Shown: piece by piece, positions 39,208 through 51,567 of the stretch
Layout: every line of letters begins with the position of its first letter
Numbering within the stretch: position 1 is the stretch's first letter
NCBI RefSeq assembly: GCF_006345805.1
Contig: NC_042998.1
Span: 148,986,001-149,050,000, forward strand
Length of the DNA: 64,000 nucleotides
Source of the DNA: Octopus sinensis
Lineage: Eukaryota
Reading direction: 5' to 3'
Position numbers and translations under genes: made by a program
Notes under the pieces: model-generated
The model's input: only the letters and a program-made list of their open reading frames with translations
The model's database searches: none
Told to the model about the DNA's origin: nothing

Positions 39208-40190
39208 GAAGAGCTTCTTTCAGTTTCTGTCTACCAAAGCCACTCATAAGGCTTTGGTCGGCCCGAGGCTATAGTAGAAGACACTTGCCGAAGTTATCAC
39301 GCAGTGGGATTGAACCCGGAACCGTACGGTTAGGAAGGAAGCTTCTTATCACCAAGCCACCCATGCGCTTTCGAGTTAATATTTTTAGTTTTGATGATGT
39401 TGTTTAGCAAGAGCTGTCTGAGAGAGACTATGTCACATTCGAAGATTGTCTGCTTTGATCTCAAGCCCCTGCCTCCTTTGTTGCGTCTTAGGTAAGGCCT
39501 GTCAATATCACTATTTCTTTGGAGATTCCCAACTGATATCAGTATCTTTCGAGTTTTAACGTCTATGAAGTGGATTTTCTCTACAGATTAGTCAAGTATC
39601 CCAAATGTTGGAATCAGCACTGGTACTGCAAGTGCATGGTGGGATATTGTCTTGTTGTAAGAGGAGAGTTCCGACTGTCATGTGCTTCTAGGTTTGGTAT
39701 AATATTATCGTGTCACTGTCTTTATTTACAGAATCTTCGTATGATATCTTTTCATCAATGCCTAGTAATCGTAGCCTTCTTTGTGTAATATAAGAGAGAT
39801 TGTGAAACTGTTGATGCAGAAGATTTAGGCCTGGGGAACTGATTGTCCCCGTTCAGCAATTAAACAGGAACATTTCTTATGGCCAAGTTTTATTCCCATG
39901 TCAGCTGAAAACGTTATTATTAATTCCAAATACTTTTTAACATTCTTAAGATTTTTAGCATAAATCTTGAGGTCAGTCACTAAGAAATTATGAGATACAT
40001 TAATAACTCTAGCAGTTGCAGACCCTAGCACGTAACCATTTGATTTTCGTAGCAGAAATGATAATGGATTTAATGCCAAAATAAACCGAATTATAGAAGC
40101 ACAATCTCTTTTGAATATTTCCTTTGAAATATTTACAATATTGGAGACGATCATTCCGCTCTCAGTTCTAAATGTAAGAATTGTTGTTCT
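37895..40190 (-). mobile_element. Second R4/Dong-like element, decayed, interrupted by a SINE at 38905-39365
   Basis: ORF 39825-40199 gives ALNPLSFLLRKSNGY and LKIYAKNL; ORF 38309-38500 gives HVISSYPSMSSKYYLAMR; manual translation gives CKHNRPDIVVW...VIEVSCPAD (PD-(D/E) RLE). Confidence 0.75.
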
Positions 40191-40389
40191 GCTTCTCAAT
40201 GGCAGCGGTTAAAGGAGCAGGCACATTGGCCAAATATAGACACTTCAGCAGCCATGAGTAAGGAATTGAGTCGAATGCCTTCCTATAACCAAACCACACT
40301 GTATGTATGTATGTATGTATGTATGTATGTATGTATGCATGCATGCATGTATATTTGTTTGTATGTATGCATGTATGATCTCGCCATCG

Positions 40390-40845
40390 TTGGAACGTAT
40401 ATAAAAAATGTCACATTTTAAACTCTTTATTTTTTCCACTTACAGACTGTATTCGTAATGTGCGAGATAGATGGTAGATTTCCTTTTCTGAAAACCTTAG
40501 CTTATCTAGGTTGTCGCTTAGGTAATTAGTCACAAAATCAAATGAACGAATTATTATTGTTATAATTGCGAATTTGTAACTTCGTTATGGAAGCTAGAGA
40601 TTTCGAAGCAGTTGTCCATAGATTTCCTGTTTCGCTTTGATTTTCGAACGCATATTCACATCAGAAGGGCAGTTGACCTTTATAACGATACATACATTTT
40701 CTTGTTCGCCCCAAGCAACTACATCCAGCCTGTTATGTTTACACTTGACAGAAGCTTTAATGGGAATGGCCCATCAGTATTCCTTGCGTTGATATTTGCG
40801 TATGTATTCAACAGGGGTATTCTCTGTATTTATTCCCTACACTAC
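40390..40845 (-). mobile_element. R4/Dong-like 3' (RLE) fragment
   Basis: Homologous to 38000-38400: AAGTGTAAACATAACAGGCTGGATGTAG, CTGCCCTTCTGATGTGAAT, AAGCTAAGGTTTTCAGAAAAGGAAAT. Confidence 0.7.
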
Positions 40846-41271
40846 GTATGTATTTATATATGTATGTATGCATGTTTGTTTCTACGTACGTAGGTATATG
40901 CGTGTGTATGTACGAATGTATGAATGTATGCTATTTTTCTCTTTTTAATTTTGACTTAGATTTGTCTGCAAGGTTGTTGATGCATCTTAAGAAAGCCATG
41001 CAGATTTTTGTAGTTCCAGATATCATGATCAGCTGTAGTATACAAAGTATGACGTTGTGTTTTATATAACCACGCATGGTGACTAAAGGCATAGCCGAAT
41101 GGTTAAAAAGCTCGTCCCGTAATCTTAGATTCGTCAGATACTAGGTTCGGACTTTCTGCACAGCATCAGAAACCAGCCTTTTAGCACCTTGTGGGAGCCC
41201 TTCAGATGAACTGTAATTATAATTTAAAAGATCAAGCAAATCACATACCTATTTCATTACTACACACAAGG

Positions 41272-41480
41272 GGCTAAACACAGAGAGGACAAACAAGGAC
41301 AGACAAACGGATTAAGTCGATTATATCGACCCCAGTGCGTAACTGGTACTTAATTTATCGACCCCGAAAAGATGAAAGGCAAAGTCGACCTCGGCGGAAT
41401 TTGAACTCAGAACGGAACGGCAGACGAAATACGGCTACGCATTTCGCCCGGCGTGCTAACGTTTCTGCCAGCTCGCCGCA
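41272..41480 (-). mobile_element. SINE family A copy, close to consensus
   Basis: GATGAAAGGCAAAGTCGACCTCGGCGGAATTTGAACTCAGAAC...CCCGGCGTGCTAACGTTTCTGCCAGCTCGCCGC. Confidence 0.85.
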
Positions 41481-41499
41481 AATCACATACCGTCTCGCT

Positions 41500-42110
41500 G
41501 GTTCCACACGGGAATTATATTATGGGATAATCGATCGTATAATACAGCGCTACTTACCCTAAAATACAATTATTTAGTAAGGCAATTCATCAAACAACAG
41601 GAAGGTGTTCACACTAGTTAGCAGGAGTGTCGAATTGAGGGCGATTACATATTTTCCAATGTAAAGACCGTCGTACCCTTTCGCGGCGATTTTTATATTC
41701 CTCTGATCTTAGCATAGAACAGCCTGAAATAAAATGGCTGTTTGATCCATCAAATTTCTTGTAGAACCTGCATTTTAAGTCGGTATTGTTTTTAAAAATC
41801 TTTTTAGAACGTTAGCCTGGTAATTTCTAGTAAACAAGCTGTAGTCTTATGCTGCCTTAAATCTCTACTTTCAATCCTGAAATCCGCAGCCATTGATGAG
41901 TTGCTTCTTCGTCAACATCAGCATTTTGACGTCGGAGAATATATTGTCCGTGCAGGGACTCCTGGCTCTTCCGACCCTCAATTTATTTCAGCCGTTCTTT
42001 TTAGTTCATTAAAATGGCAGAGACAAACAGAGGTGTGGGAGAATCAACTTCGGAGTAGATATAATCAGTATCTTACGAATACCAAAAATTATACTGGAAT
42101 GGTTTAAGAT
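41500..42110 (-). mobile_element. R4/Dong-like C-terminal fragment of a different subfamily
   Basis: Minus translation THQWLRISGLKVE..., TRNYQANVL, KCRFY...HFISGCSML..EYKNR.ERV...LHWKIC (decayed CCHC region). Confidence 0.6.
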
Positions 42111-42225
42111 GTGTCCAGTAGTTTATCCTTAATTTCTGCTAAGATTTATTTTGTAAAATGCTGACATGAAGAAAAAATCTCGCCCTTTATATTTACACAA
42201 TTACTGGGGGTTATTAGGCTTTTCT

Positions 42226-42570
42226 TTAAGGTACAGTTTTTTCAGGAGAGCGTACGGAATATCTTTTTGACCCATTTATATAAGATTTGGTCTTAAAAAG
42301 GATCTTTGATTTGAAGTTGATGTTCTCGTCCTTAAGTCTCCAGATTAATGCTGAGAGGGTTGTTGCATATCTCTTCTCGGAGTGCTTAAAGGTTGAAAGA
42401 CTGTTGTGGTTTCTGGATTTAGATTTTCTTTTCACGGATCCAATATAAAGCTTGATCTTTGTCCAGCTATTGCCATAGTTTAATTATACCTGTGATTCAT
42501 AAACAACGGAGGATATATCGCATGCAAGCCCTTGAGGGCTCTTAGATTTATCTCTGCATGTGCATTCAGG
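42226..42570 (-). mobile_element. Penelope-like GIY-YIG endonuclease fragment
   Basis: SSVVYESQV...KLYIGSVKRKSKSRNHN, then FKHSEKRYATTLSALIWRLKDENINF..KSYINGSKR. Confidence 0.6.
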
Positions 42571-42732
42571 ACAGGTCTGAGTCATCGAACTCAGTCACTA
42601 AACTTTTTTCTTGTTTTTACCAGTTTGATGAATAGCGAAATAAATTATTAATATTTCGGACAGGAAACATGGATATCTCTATGTCTCAATGATTTTTGAA
42701 GATTTTATCATGGTGATGATGCTAATGATGAT

Positions 42733-42767
<35 letters not shown>

Positions 42768-42847
42768 TAATTATTATTATTATTATTACCCTCACTGTCC
42801 CACCGTGTTTTACATATGTGTGTATGTGTGTGTGTGTGTGTGTGTGC

Positions 42848-43020
42848 ATGAAGGCGCGTGACCTAGTGGTTAGGATGTAGCACTCACAATTGGAAGAACG
42901 TGGTCTCGATTCCAGCCCCAGCGATGCGTTGCCTTCTTGAGCAAAACACTTCATTTCATGCAGCTCCAGTCCACTCACCTGTAGAAGGGCAACTCTGTAA
43001 TAGACTAGTGCTTCGTTCAG
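42848..43020 (+). mobile_element. tRNA-derived CORE-type SINE
   Basis: GGCGCGTGACCTAGTGGTTAGG A box, GGTCTCGATTCC B box, TTCTTGAGCAAAACACTTCATTTCA..GCTCCAGTCCACTCA body. Confidence 0.6.
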
Positions 43021-44057
43021 AGTGGGTTATTAACCTGTTTGCGTAGCCAGCGGGATGGCATTATTTGAAAGCTAAAACAATGAGAGAAAGCGCATTGTGA
43101 TCAGCACTACATAACAGCATCGGTAGGTGAGTAGAGTGACACAATGGCTGTGTGCTATCAAGTTTGCCTCCCAACCACATGTTTTGGGGTTCAGTACCAC
43201 TGCGTAGCTTCTACTGTAGCTAAAGCCTTGTGAGTGTATTTCGTAGACAGTAACCGAAAGAAGCCCGACGTATATATTAATGTATGCAGTATGCAGTGAA
43301 TAAATTGTCGTCTAAATTACACAAAAATGAAAATAACACTGATATCTCATTCTAATGGATATATCTACAAAAAATACATAAAAATATCATGAAATACTAA
43401 AGAGTAAATATTCAATAAATCGTCTAAGCTAAGAATCAGATTCTTAGCTTATAATTAATATAAAGATGGCATGATTTATCGCCTCAGTATTCCTTAAGTA
43501 AGTACCCAGATCAATCTTTATAAAAAACACCTAATAAGTAAATAATTAATTACAGGAATGAATATTAAAATAATTCTATGTAATCTTCCCTTTCTAATGT
43601 TGAAAATTGGTATATATACACATTTTATCTATTCTGGTTATAATATCATTTTTAGTAATCTTAAATTTATCTTTATACATCATAACAATATTCTTTATAT
43701 ACAATCATCCATAGTACCCCATGATAATTACCTCTGCATTAACATCATAGGTTTTATTAGCGTCTTATCCCTTTAACTGATAATTAACATCTTGATTTGG
43801 GATCTACCCCTACCTAGCCTCCTTTATGGAAAGTTACTTATACAAATCCTAAAACCCTGATAATATTTATGACCATACCAAACTATAAACTGTCAACTCA
43901 CTTCTCCCCTTCATTCTAAACAGACACTGTCCTCTAGCCTTAGATTTGGTAGTTGATAAAAAAGACTAATAAATTATAAATGAACCACAATCCTTTATAA
44001 GCTATGACTATCAAACTTCATACATTTCTTAGAAGTGTAGCATATCCTTGGGTTAAA

Positions 44058-46760
44058 ATCTCCTTCTAGGAGATTTTAACGCTCGCGTGGGATCTGACCA
44101 TGATTCGTGGCCCATTTCTGTTGGACACTTTGGTATTGGCAACATGAATGACAATGGTCAGAGACTACTTGAATTTTGCACATACCATAACCTGTGCATC
44201 ACCAACACATTCTTTGCCAAAAAGCCATCCCACAAGGCATCTTGGAGACATCCAAGATCTCACCACAGGCATCAGCTGGATCTCAACATTACACGAAGAT
44301 CTTTTCTGAATTCTGTCCAACTGACCCGTAGTTACCACAGTGCGGATTGTGACACAGATCACTCACTAATTAGAAGCAGGGTGAGGATTCTGCCTAAAAA
44401 AAGTCCATCACTCCAAGAAAATGGGCCGACCACGCATTAACACTGCCAGAACCTCGGACCCTACACTGCGAAAATGTTTTGCTGTTTCTATCAAGGTTGC
44501 CCTCAGTAGCTGCCCAACCTCCTCTGCAGAAAGTAAGTGGAATTATGTCAGGGAAGCTTTGTATACCACATCAATAGATACTTTCGGCATGAGAGAAAGG
44601 CAAAACCCAGATTGGGGTTCTCAGAGCTGGAACCAGTAATCGAAGCAAAGCGTGCAGCTCTGATGTAATACAAGATTGATTCTTCTACAAAGTCACTCGA
44701 AGAACTCAGAAAGGCAAGAAATAAAACCCAACTGATAGCCAGACGCTGTGCAAATAGGTATTGGCAGGAAATCTGTCAGAGTATCCAGTCAGCTGCTACA
44801 GTGGCGACACCCGTGGGATGTATGCCGGTTTGAAGAAGGCCCTCGGTCCATCCGCAACCAAGTCAGCCCCTCTGAAATCAACTACTGGAGATCTCATCAA
44901 GGACCAAAGCAAGCAAATGAATAGCTGTGGCTGCAATCGAGAGTGTCAAGATCTTGCCAGTCATGTGCGAACTTGACAGTCCGCCATCTATAGCAGAGCT
45001 CACCAAGGCTATTGACTCCCTAGCAAGTAACAAGGCTCCGGAAAAAGACGGCATCCCCTCAGAGATCATCAAAGCCGGAAAAAATACCATCCTGCTTCGG
45101 CACCTTCATGACCTTCTGTGTCAGTGCTGGGAGGAGGGCACAGTCCCTCAGGATATGCGGGATGCTAACATCATTACGCTTTACAAAAACAAAGGTGACC
45201 GTGGTGATTGTAACAATTACCGTGGAATATCTCTTCTAAGCACTGTTGGAAAGACCTTTGCTCGCGTTATCCTGTCCAGGATACAACTGCTTGCTTCTCG
45301 AATTTATCCGGAATCGCAGTGTGGCTTTAGAAGAAGCAGATCAACTATTGACATGATATTCTCCGTACACCAACTTCAGGGAGCAGAAAATGCCATTATA
45401 TATGGCCTTCATTGATCTGACAAAGGCCTTTGACTTGGTAAGTAGAAAAGGCCTCTTCATCCTGCTCCAAAAAATCGGATGTCCACCAAACCTACTGAGG
45501 ATCATCAAATCTTTTCATGATGATATGCAAGGCACCATACAGCACATTGGTTCAACATCAGCCGCCTTCCAAATAAAAGACGGGGTAAAGCAAGGTTGTG
45601 TCCTTGCTCCTACATTATTTGGCATCTTCTCGCTGCTGCTCTCACATGCCTTTCAGACATCAGATGATGGAGTGTTTCTGCACAGTAGAAGTTACGGGAA
45701 ACTGTTCAATCTCTCGCGCCTGCGTGCCAAGACCAAAATCAGAAGCGTCCTGATCAAGGAGATGCTATTTGCTGATGATGCCGCTCTGGTATCACACACA
45801 GAAGCCGCCCTACAAAGGCTCATCAACTGTTTTGAGAAGCATGTAACGACTTTGGCTTAGTTATCAGCCTCAAGAAGACCAACATTATGGGTCAGGCTAC
45901 ATCGGACATCCCAAACATACATATTGGAGACTACAGATTACAGGAGGTGGAGAGGTTTACCTATCTTGGCTCTACCGTCACCTACAACCTATCCCTTGAT
46001 GCTGAGCTCAATATACGCATTGGCAAGGCAGCTGCTGTGATGGCCCAACTCTCCAAACGGGCATGGGACAAAAATAAGCTGATCGAGACCACAAAAATGA
46101 AGATTTACCAGGCATGTGTACTTAGCACTCTACTGTATAGAAGTGAGACTTGGACGCCATACACAATCCAAGAGCGTCGCCTAAATATCTTTCACCTGCG
46201 CTGCCTCCGGAAAATCCTTCGCATCAAATGGCAGAATCATGTCCTCAACAAAGATGTCCTCAAGCAAGCAGGAATACCAAGCATATTTGCACTCCTCACA
46301 CAAAGACGTATGAGATGGCTTGGACATGTTAGCCGTAGTGAAGATGGCAGAATCCCCAAGGGCATACTCTACGGAGAGCTTGCTAGGGGCACTAGGTCTG
46401 TGGGAAGACCGTTCTTACGATACAAGGATGTTTGCAAAAGGGACATGAAGGCCTGCAACATCAATATTAGCAACTGGGAAGCAGTTGCCAGCAACCGTGG
46501 AGATTGGAGACGTACCGTAAAAGAGGGAACACAAAGGAATGACATAGAGGGACAAGAAAAGACGTGAACAAGAAACTATGACATTACAACCAGCCAGGCA
46601 AAGTCTTCGCTACATTTGCGGTACCTGCCAGAGGGAGTGTTTATCCAGGATAGGACTACACAGCCACAGCAGGAAATATATTAGGACATGAGATGTAAAA
46701 GCCGGATTAGATTATTTTATGCGCAACTCCATTGTCTCCCGAGACAAAAAGGATGCCAAC
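44058..46760 (+). mobile_element. RTE-clade (BovB-like) LINE, 5'-truncated within the APE endonuclease, frameshifted
   Basis: LLGDFNARVG, NDNGQRLLEFC, ITNTFF, SWRHPRS, ADCDTDH (APE); KGDRGDCNNYRGISLLS, PESQCGFR, AFIDLTKAFD, GVKQGCVLAPTLF, LFADD, FTYLGS, WLGHV.R..DGRIPK (RT and C-terminus). Confidence 0.93.
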
Positions 46761-47168
46761 AAGTATATTCTGAGCTACATTAGTAGCAACATGGACTCTT
46801 TCCCTCTTCTTGCTCTATTAGAGAATTTGAGTAAAATTATATTGATATGTCCAACTGATTAAAAATTCTATTTATTTATGCAGTTGAGGATAGCCCTGCA
46901 TTTAAATTGATGTAATGACTACTTTGTTCAATTATATCGAGCCGCTTGAAACGGTCGTACTGCATCATCTCTTGATATCCTGTTGCTTATTTTGATTTTA
47001 TTCACCTTACTTCGAGTTGTTCAGATAATACCGCACAGACTTGGTACTTTAACTTAAGTACCTAATTCAACTGAATCTCAATTATTTCTTAACTCGTCAA
47101 CCAAACCTATATATATATGTGTGTGTGTGTTAGCATATGTTTTATACATTATTTGATTATATATATAT

Positions 47169-47259
<91 letters not shown>

Positions 47260-48741
47260 GGGGGGTTGTAGTGACGCTGACTATGAATACAAACAATATG
47301 GCCGAGGAGAAATAACTTAGTAAAAGTTTATGCCTATAAAATGCATAATCTTTTTTTTAGATCTTTGATTCTTTAACGTGTCTTATTAAATACTCAGTGC
47401 CCTAAGGTTTTCTATACATAATGCAATAAGCGTAAAAAGACTTCCTTCAACTGAGATTATCCGAAATATTGAAGTTGCTAAAATTTAGGTAACGCAACAA
47501 GACATGGCAGCTTAAAGTTGTATTTTAGCAATACTGATGTTTTAAATCTCCAGATGGCGCTACGATAGCACGTTGAGGTTATCAACCATCGTTTTTATCT
47601 CCAGTATTTTCAATATTTTGTCAATGTAAGAAATCTTAATCTATGTCAATGACGCTTTCAATCCTTCTGCTCTTCTTTAACATATTCTTAGCAGTCAGTT
47701 GTTACTTTTCTATCCTAGTTCTATCCAGCTTTTCTGTTAATTCAATGAGGAATGTCTTAATGTTCTTCAGTAATATTAACCGGTTTTAATTTTCCTATAA
47801 GCATCGACCAAAAGATGAACATCTCTATATAGTCTCTTTGTTTACCAGTTAACAGCCAAGCCTGATGAATATTGGGGACCTCGGATTAGACGAGCAGTAA
47901 ATACTTATGAATGTAGAAGACCACAACTCCTCAATTTAAAAGCAACAGCTAATCAAGGAAGCGTTGAAAACTAATTAAGTTAGTAGCAAAAATTAATAGC
48001 TGTAGCAGATAAAACTAATCAATGTGGCAGGAAAAACTAATTACTGTAACTTAAAACTCCCGCAACTAACCAAGGGCTATCTTTTATGGTTTTGAAACGT
48101 AATACTACAGATGGCCACGGCTGGATGATAGCCACAGTTGGACGATGGTCACAGCTGTAAAGGTCAATCGGTCAGTTTCTTCGATCACCTGATATCTTTC
48201 GTAAATTTGCTCAGAGATAGCACGGTTAACTCTAATAACACCAACAGCATTGAAAATTAATATAATGACAAACTCGTGTACAACTTGGATTAATAACAGG
48301 AAATGAGCATAGTAAGCTTCAGTTGCCGTATCTTGGAACGTTAAACGTTAATACAATTCTATAATATATACCATAACCTTTCAACAGAAGAAGAGGAAGA
48401 TCTCGTGTCAGTAAAAATGGAGAGAAACTCTTAATACACAAAATAGTTAAGAAATGTTTACAGCTGCTGTAACTATCTATAGATCAGAGATATCGAACTA
48501 GTTCAGCTTCGAAAGCCGGATTGATTCATAAATTACATCTCGTAGGCTGGATAGGAATAATTATTCCTAAAACCACTATTTATAATGTAGGCTAATCTAT
48601 ATGAATAAAGGGGTCAATATGTACATTATAACAAACTTATTAATAATCAAGTAAGGAATATTACGGGGTTTTAACAAAGTATGTTTGCAGAGATGTTTGG
48701 AAAAACTTCTCCACAAATAACACATGCACACATCCGCGCGT

Positions 48742-48773
<32 letters not shown>

Positions 48774-48869
48774 TTTAATTGGTCGCAGGCTCACTTGAAG
48801 TAATGTCCTGTGACTTAGGAAAAAGAACTCAGGCATAAGTTTGAGAGTGGATAAGCATTTAATCTATAA

Positions 48870-51071
48870 CACAACATAGTAAAAAATTTAAAAAAACTGT
48901 TTATTGTATCATCTTTTTATTGTTTATCAATTCATTTTTTCTGCTGATTCCAAAAATAAAATTATTTTTTGTGTATCATCAACAGTTAAAAAAATATGTC
49001 GACTTTCAATGTTATTATATATTCGGTATTGTTATAATGATCCGCTACTAAATATATGTCTAATTTCCCCTTTCAAACCAATTACTAAGTTCTGCTTCTT
49101 TCAGAATGGCTACTAGAATATGTAAAAATTCTCCAGATACATTTTGCTGTGTGTGGTTATTATATTGGAAGTAAAGCAGGTATTACATAAGATCGTGAAA
49201 GGTGCCAAATTGTGCATAGCGTACAGACTATTTCGGAATGCCCATGGGTAACCAGGACAAACCATGGGTCCCACATGTGATATATGGAAGCTTTCAATCT
49301 ACTCTAGAAGGATGGTTAAGAGGTGCAGGAAGGTCAAGGCCTTTTGCCATTCCAAGGGTATGGAGAGAGCCAAAGAACCATTACGATGACTGTTACTTTT
49401 GTATGATCGATGTGACAAAATACAGAAAAGTGAAAGGAAGACAAGCTCTTCAGTATGCAGATATACCATCATCCAGAGCACCTGTCCCACATGATGACAG
49501 TTTACGAATGCCACTACCACCAGAAAATATTTCATCTGAAGAGTCAACAAGTAGCAGCAGCCAATAAATGGGGGAAGCTTTCGTACCAAGAACGACTTCG
49601 GAGCCTCACTTTCCAAATCAGAGTGAGCTAGATGATTTAATCAGGGATCTGTGTCTTACAAAGTCAGGAACTGAACTTCTTTCATCAAGATTGAAGGAAT
49701 GGAATCTACTGGGGGATGACTGCAAGACATCTGTGTACCGGAAACGCCATGAAAAATTTGAAATTTACTATGATTGGTGTTATTGTAAAGATGTGATTGG
49801 TTTGTTTACTGCTATTGGACTCAAGAATGATTCTGCAGAATGGCGACAGTTCATAGATAGCTCAACACGAAGTCTCAAAGCAGTGATGCTACAAAATGGA
49901 AATAAATATCCTGCTTTGCCTTTTGCACACTCCATACAGAAGAAAGAAAATTAAGATAATGTCAAAGAACTTCTCGACAAAATAAATTACGCTAAGTTCA
50001 AGTGAGATGTTTGTGGTGATTTCAAGATGATTGCCTTCTTGCTTAGCTTGCAAGGGGGATACACAAAGTATTCATGTTTCCTTTGCTTATGGGACAGCAG
50101 AACTGCTGATGATCCTTACAAGAGATTACGTTGCACCCCCACCCCACGAGTGGAACTGCAGCCAGGAATGTTAAATGTTCTCAAACAGCCTCTAGTAGAT
50201 TCCAACAAAATCTTATTACCCCCACTTCATATCAAACTCGGATTGGTAAAACAGTTTGTGAAGGCCTTAGATTTTAGAGGAGAAGCTTTTCAAGAAATTT
50301 GTCTTATGTTTCCAAAGCTATCTGAAGCTAAGATCAAGGGTGGCATATTTGTTGGGCCCCAAGTAAATGCAATGTTAAAGTCAAAGAAACTGGAAAGAGC
50401 GATGACAAAAGTTGAAAAAGAAGCTTGGTTTGCATTTCGTGATGTAGTTCGTGGACTCCTAGGAAATCACAAGGATCCTAATTACAAACATCTGGTATCA
50501 AAGCTTATTGAAAACTTCAAGAAAATGGGTTGTCGTATGTCCCTAAAGGTTCATTTTTTGCACTCTCACCTAGATTTTTCCCCCCGAAGACTTGGGTGAT
50601 GTCAGTGAGGAGCATGGTGAGAGATTTCATCAGGACATCGCAACTATGATCCCAAGGACGATGGGATACTGCTATGATGGGAGATTATATATGGTCTCTA
50701 GTCAGAAGAGACGAAGATATACACTCCAGAAAATCTTGAGCGTCAAAGCACATCTCATCTTGAGTTATCAAGGCATTTACAGTGCAGGGCTTTATTGTTT
50801 CTTTTTGTTCTAATATTATACTTCCTAAATACCTTTCAATATATGAAAAAATATTAAATGTTGTGTAATTATCCTTACAATGCTAGAATAGATTGAACCA
50901 ACAAAGTGCTTTAGAGAAAAGTTACAAATATAACGAGCAAATATGAAATTAGGAATAAATAAATTTCTATCGATGTTACGTCAAAACGAATGTGATTTTT
51001 GAATTTAGTGGCAAAAAATCCATATATGAACATTAAAAAATACAAATAAACAAAACATGTGTTACATTGTG
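48870..51071 (+). mobile_element. Chapaev3-type (CMC superfamily) DNA transposon, full length (2202 bp), decayed
   Basis: TAA|CACAACATA ... TACATTGTG|TAA: CAC/GTG termini, short TIR CACAAYRTA and 3-bp TWA duplication; encloses a transposase pseudogene. Confidence 0.88.
49106..50739 (+). pseudogene. Chapaev3-like transposase pseudogene
   Basis: MATRICKNSPDTFC..CG, QDKPWVPH, WREPKNHYDDCYFC, ELDDLIRDL.LTK..ELLSSRLKEWNLL, IDSSTRSLKAV, GDFKM, LQGGYTKYSCFLCLWDSR, LLPPLHIKLGLVKQFVKAL, GIFVGPQ, MSLKVHFLHSHLD, SEEHGERFHQDI; several stops and frameshifts. Confidence 0.9.
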
Positions 51072-51528
51072 TAATCGTTCGACAAACGATATACTTTGAC
51101 TAACGTTTATATGTATATGTGTGTGCACGCACGTGTGCGAGTGTGTGTGTGTGTATCGGGGGTTTGTTGTGTGCGTATACTGTCCTTCGACAGAGAATGG
51201 AAATAGATTTGTTCAAATGACAAGTTCGTGATACAAAATGCTTAATATACAAAGCTTGTACTGTTCCATTTGCAGAACCTTTTATATCACAAGCATTCAT
51301 TCAGAGGAACACATTTGCGAATCTGAAGAAAAATACTTTCCTTTGATTGGGCATGTATGGACAAAGTGAAAGGGAAACAAGTCACCTCTTCTAGAGTATG
51401 GATCTTTGAACTTCTTTTTCATTGGTTGAAATAACAAAAGATTCCTCGAGAGGCACTGATTTCACTATTTGGAACCAATGTCGATCACGACGCTATAATT
51501 GGGCTCTAACTCTGAACACATAACAGTA

Positions 51529-51567
<39 letters not shown>

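Noticed and set aside
48180-48350. Possible Penelope RT remnant (DIF and LPYLGTL-like words)
   Set aside because: Only two short, frameshifted resemblances; not supportable without a search.
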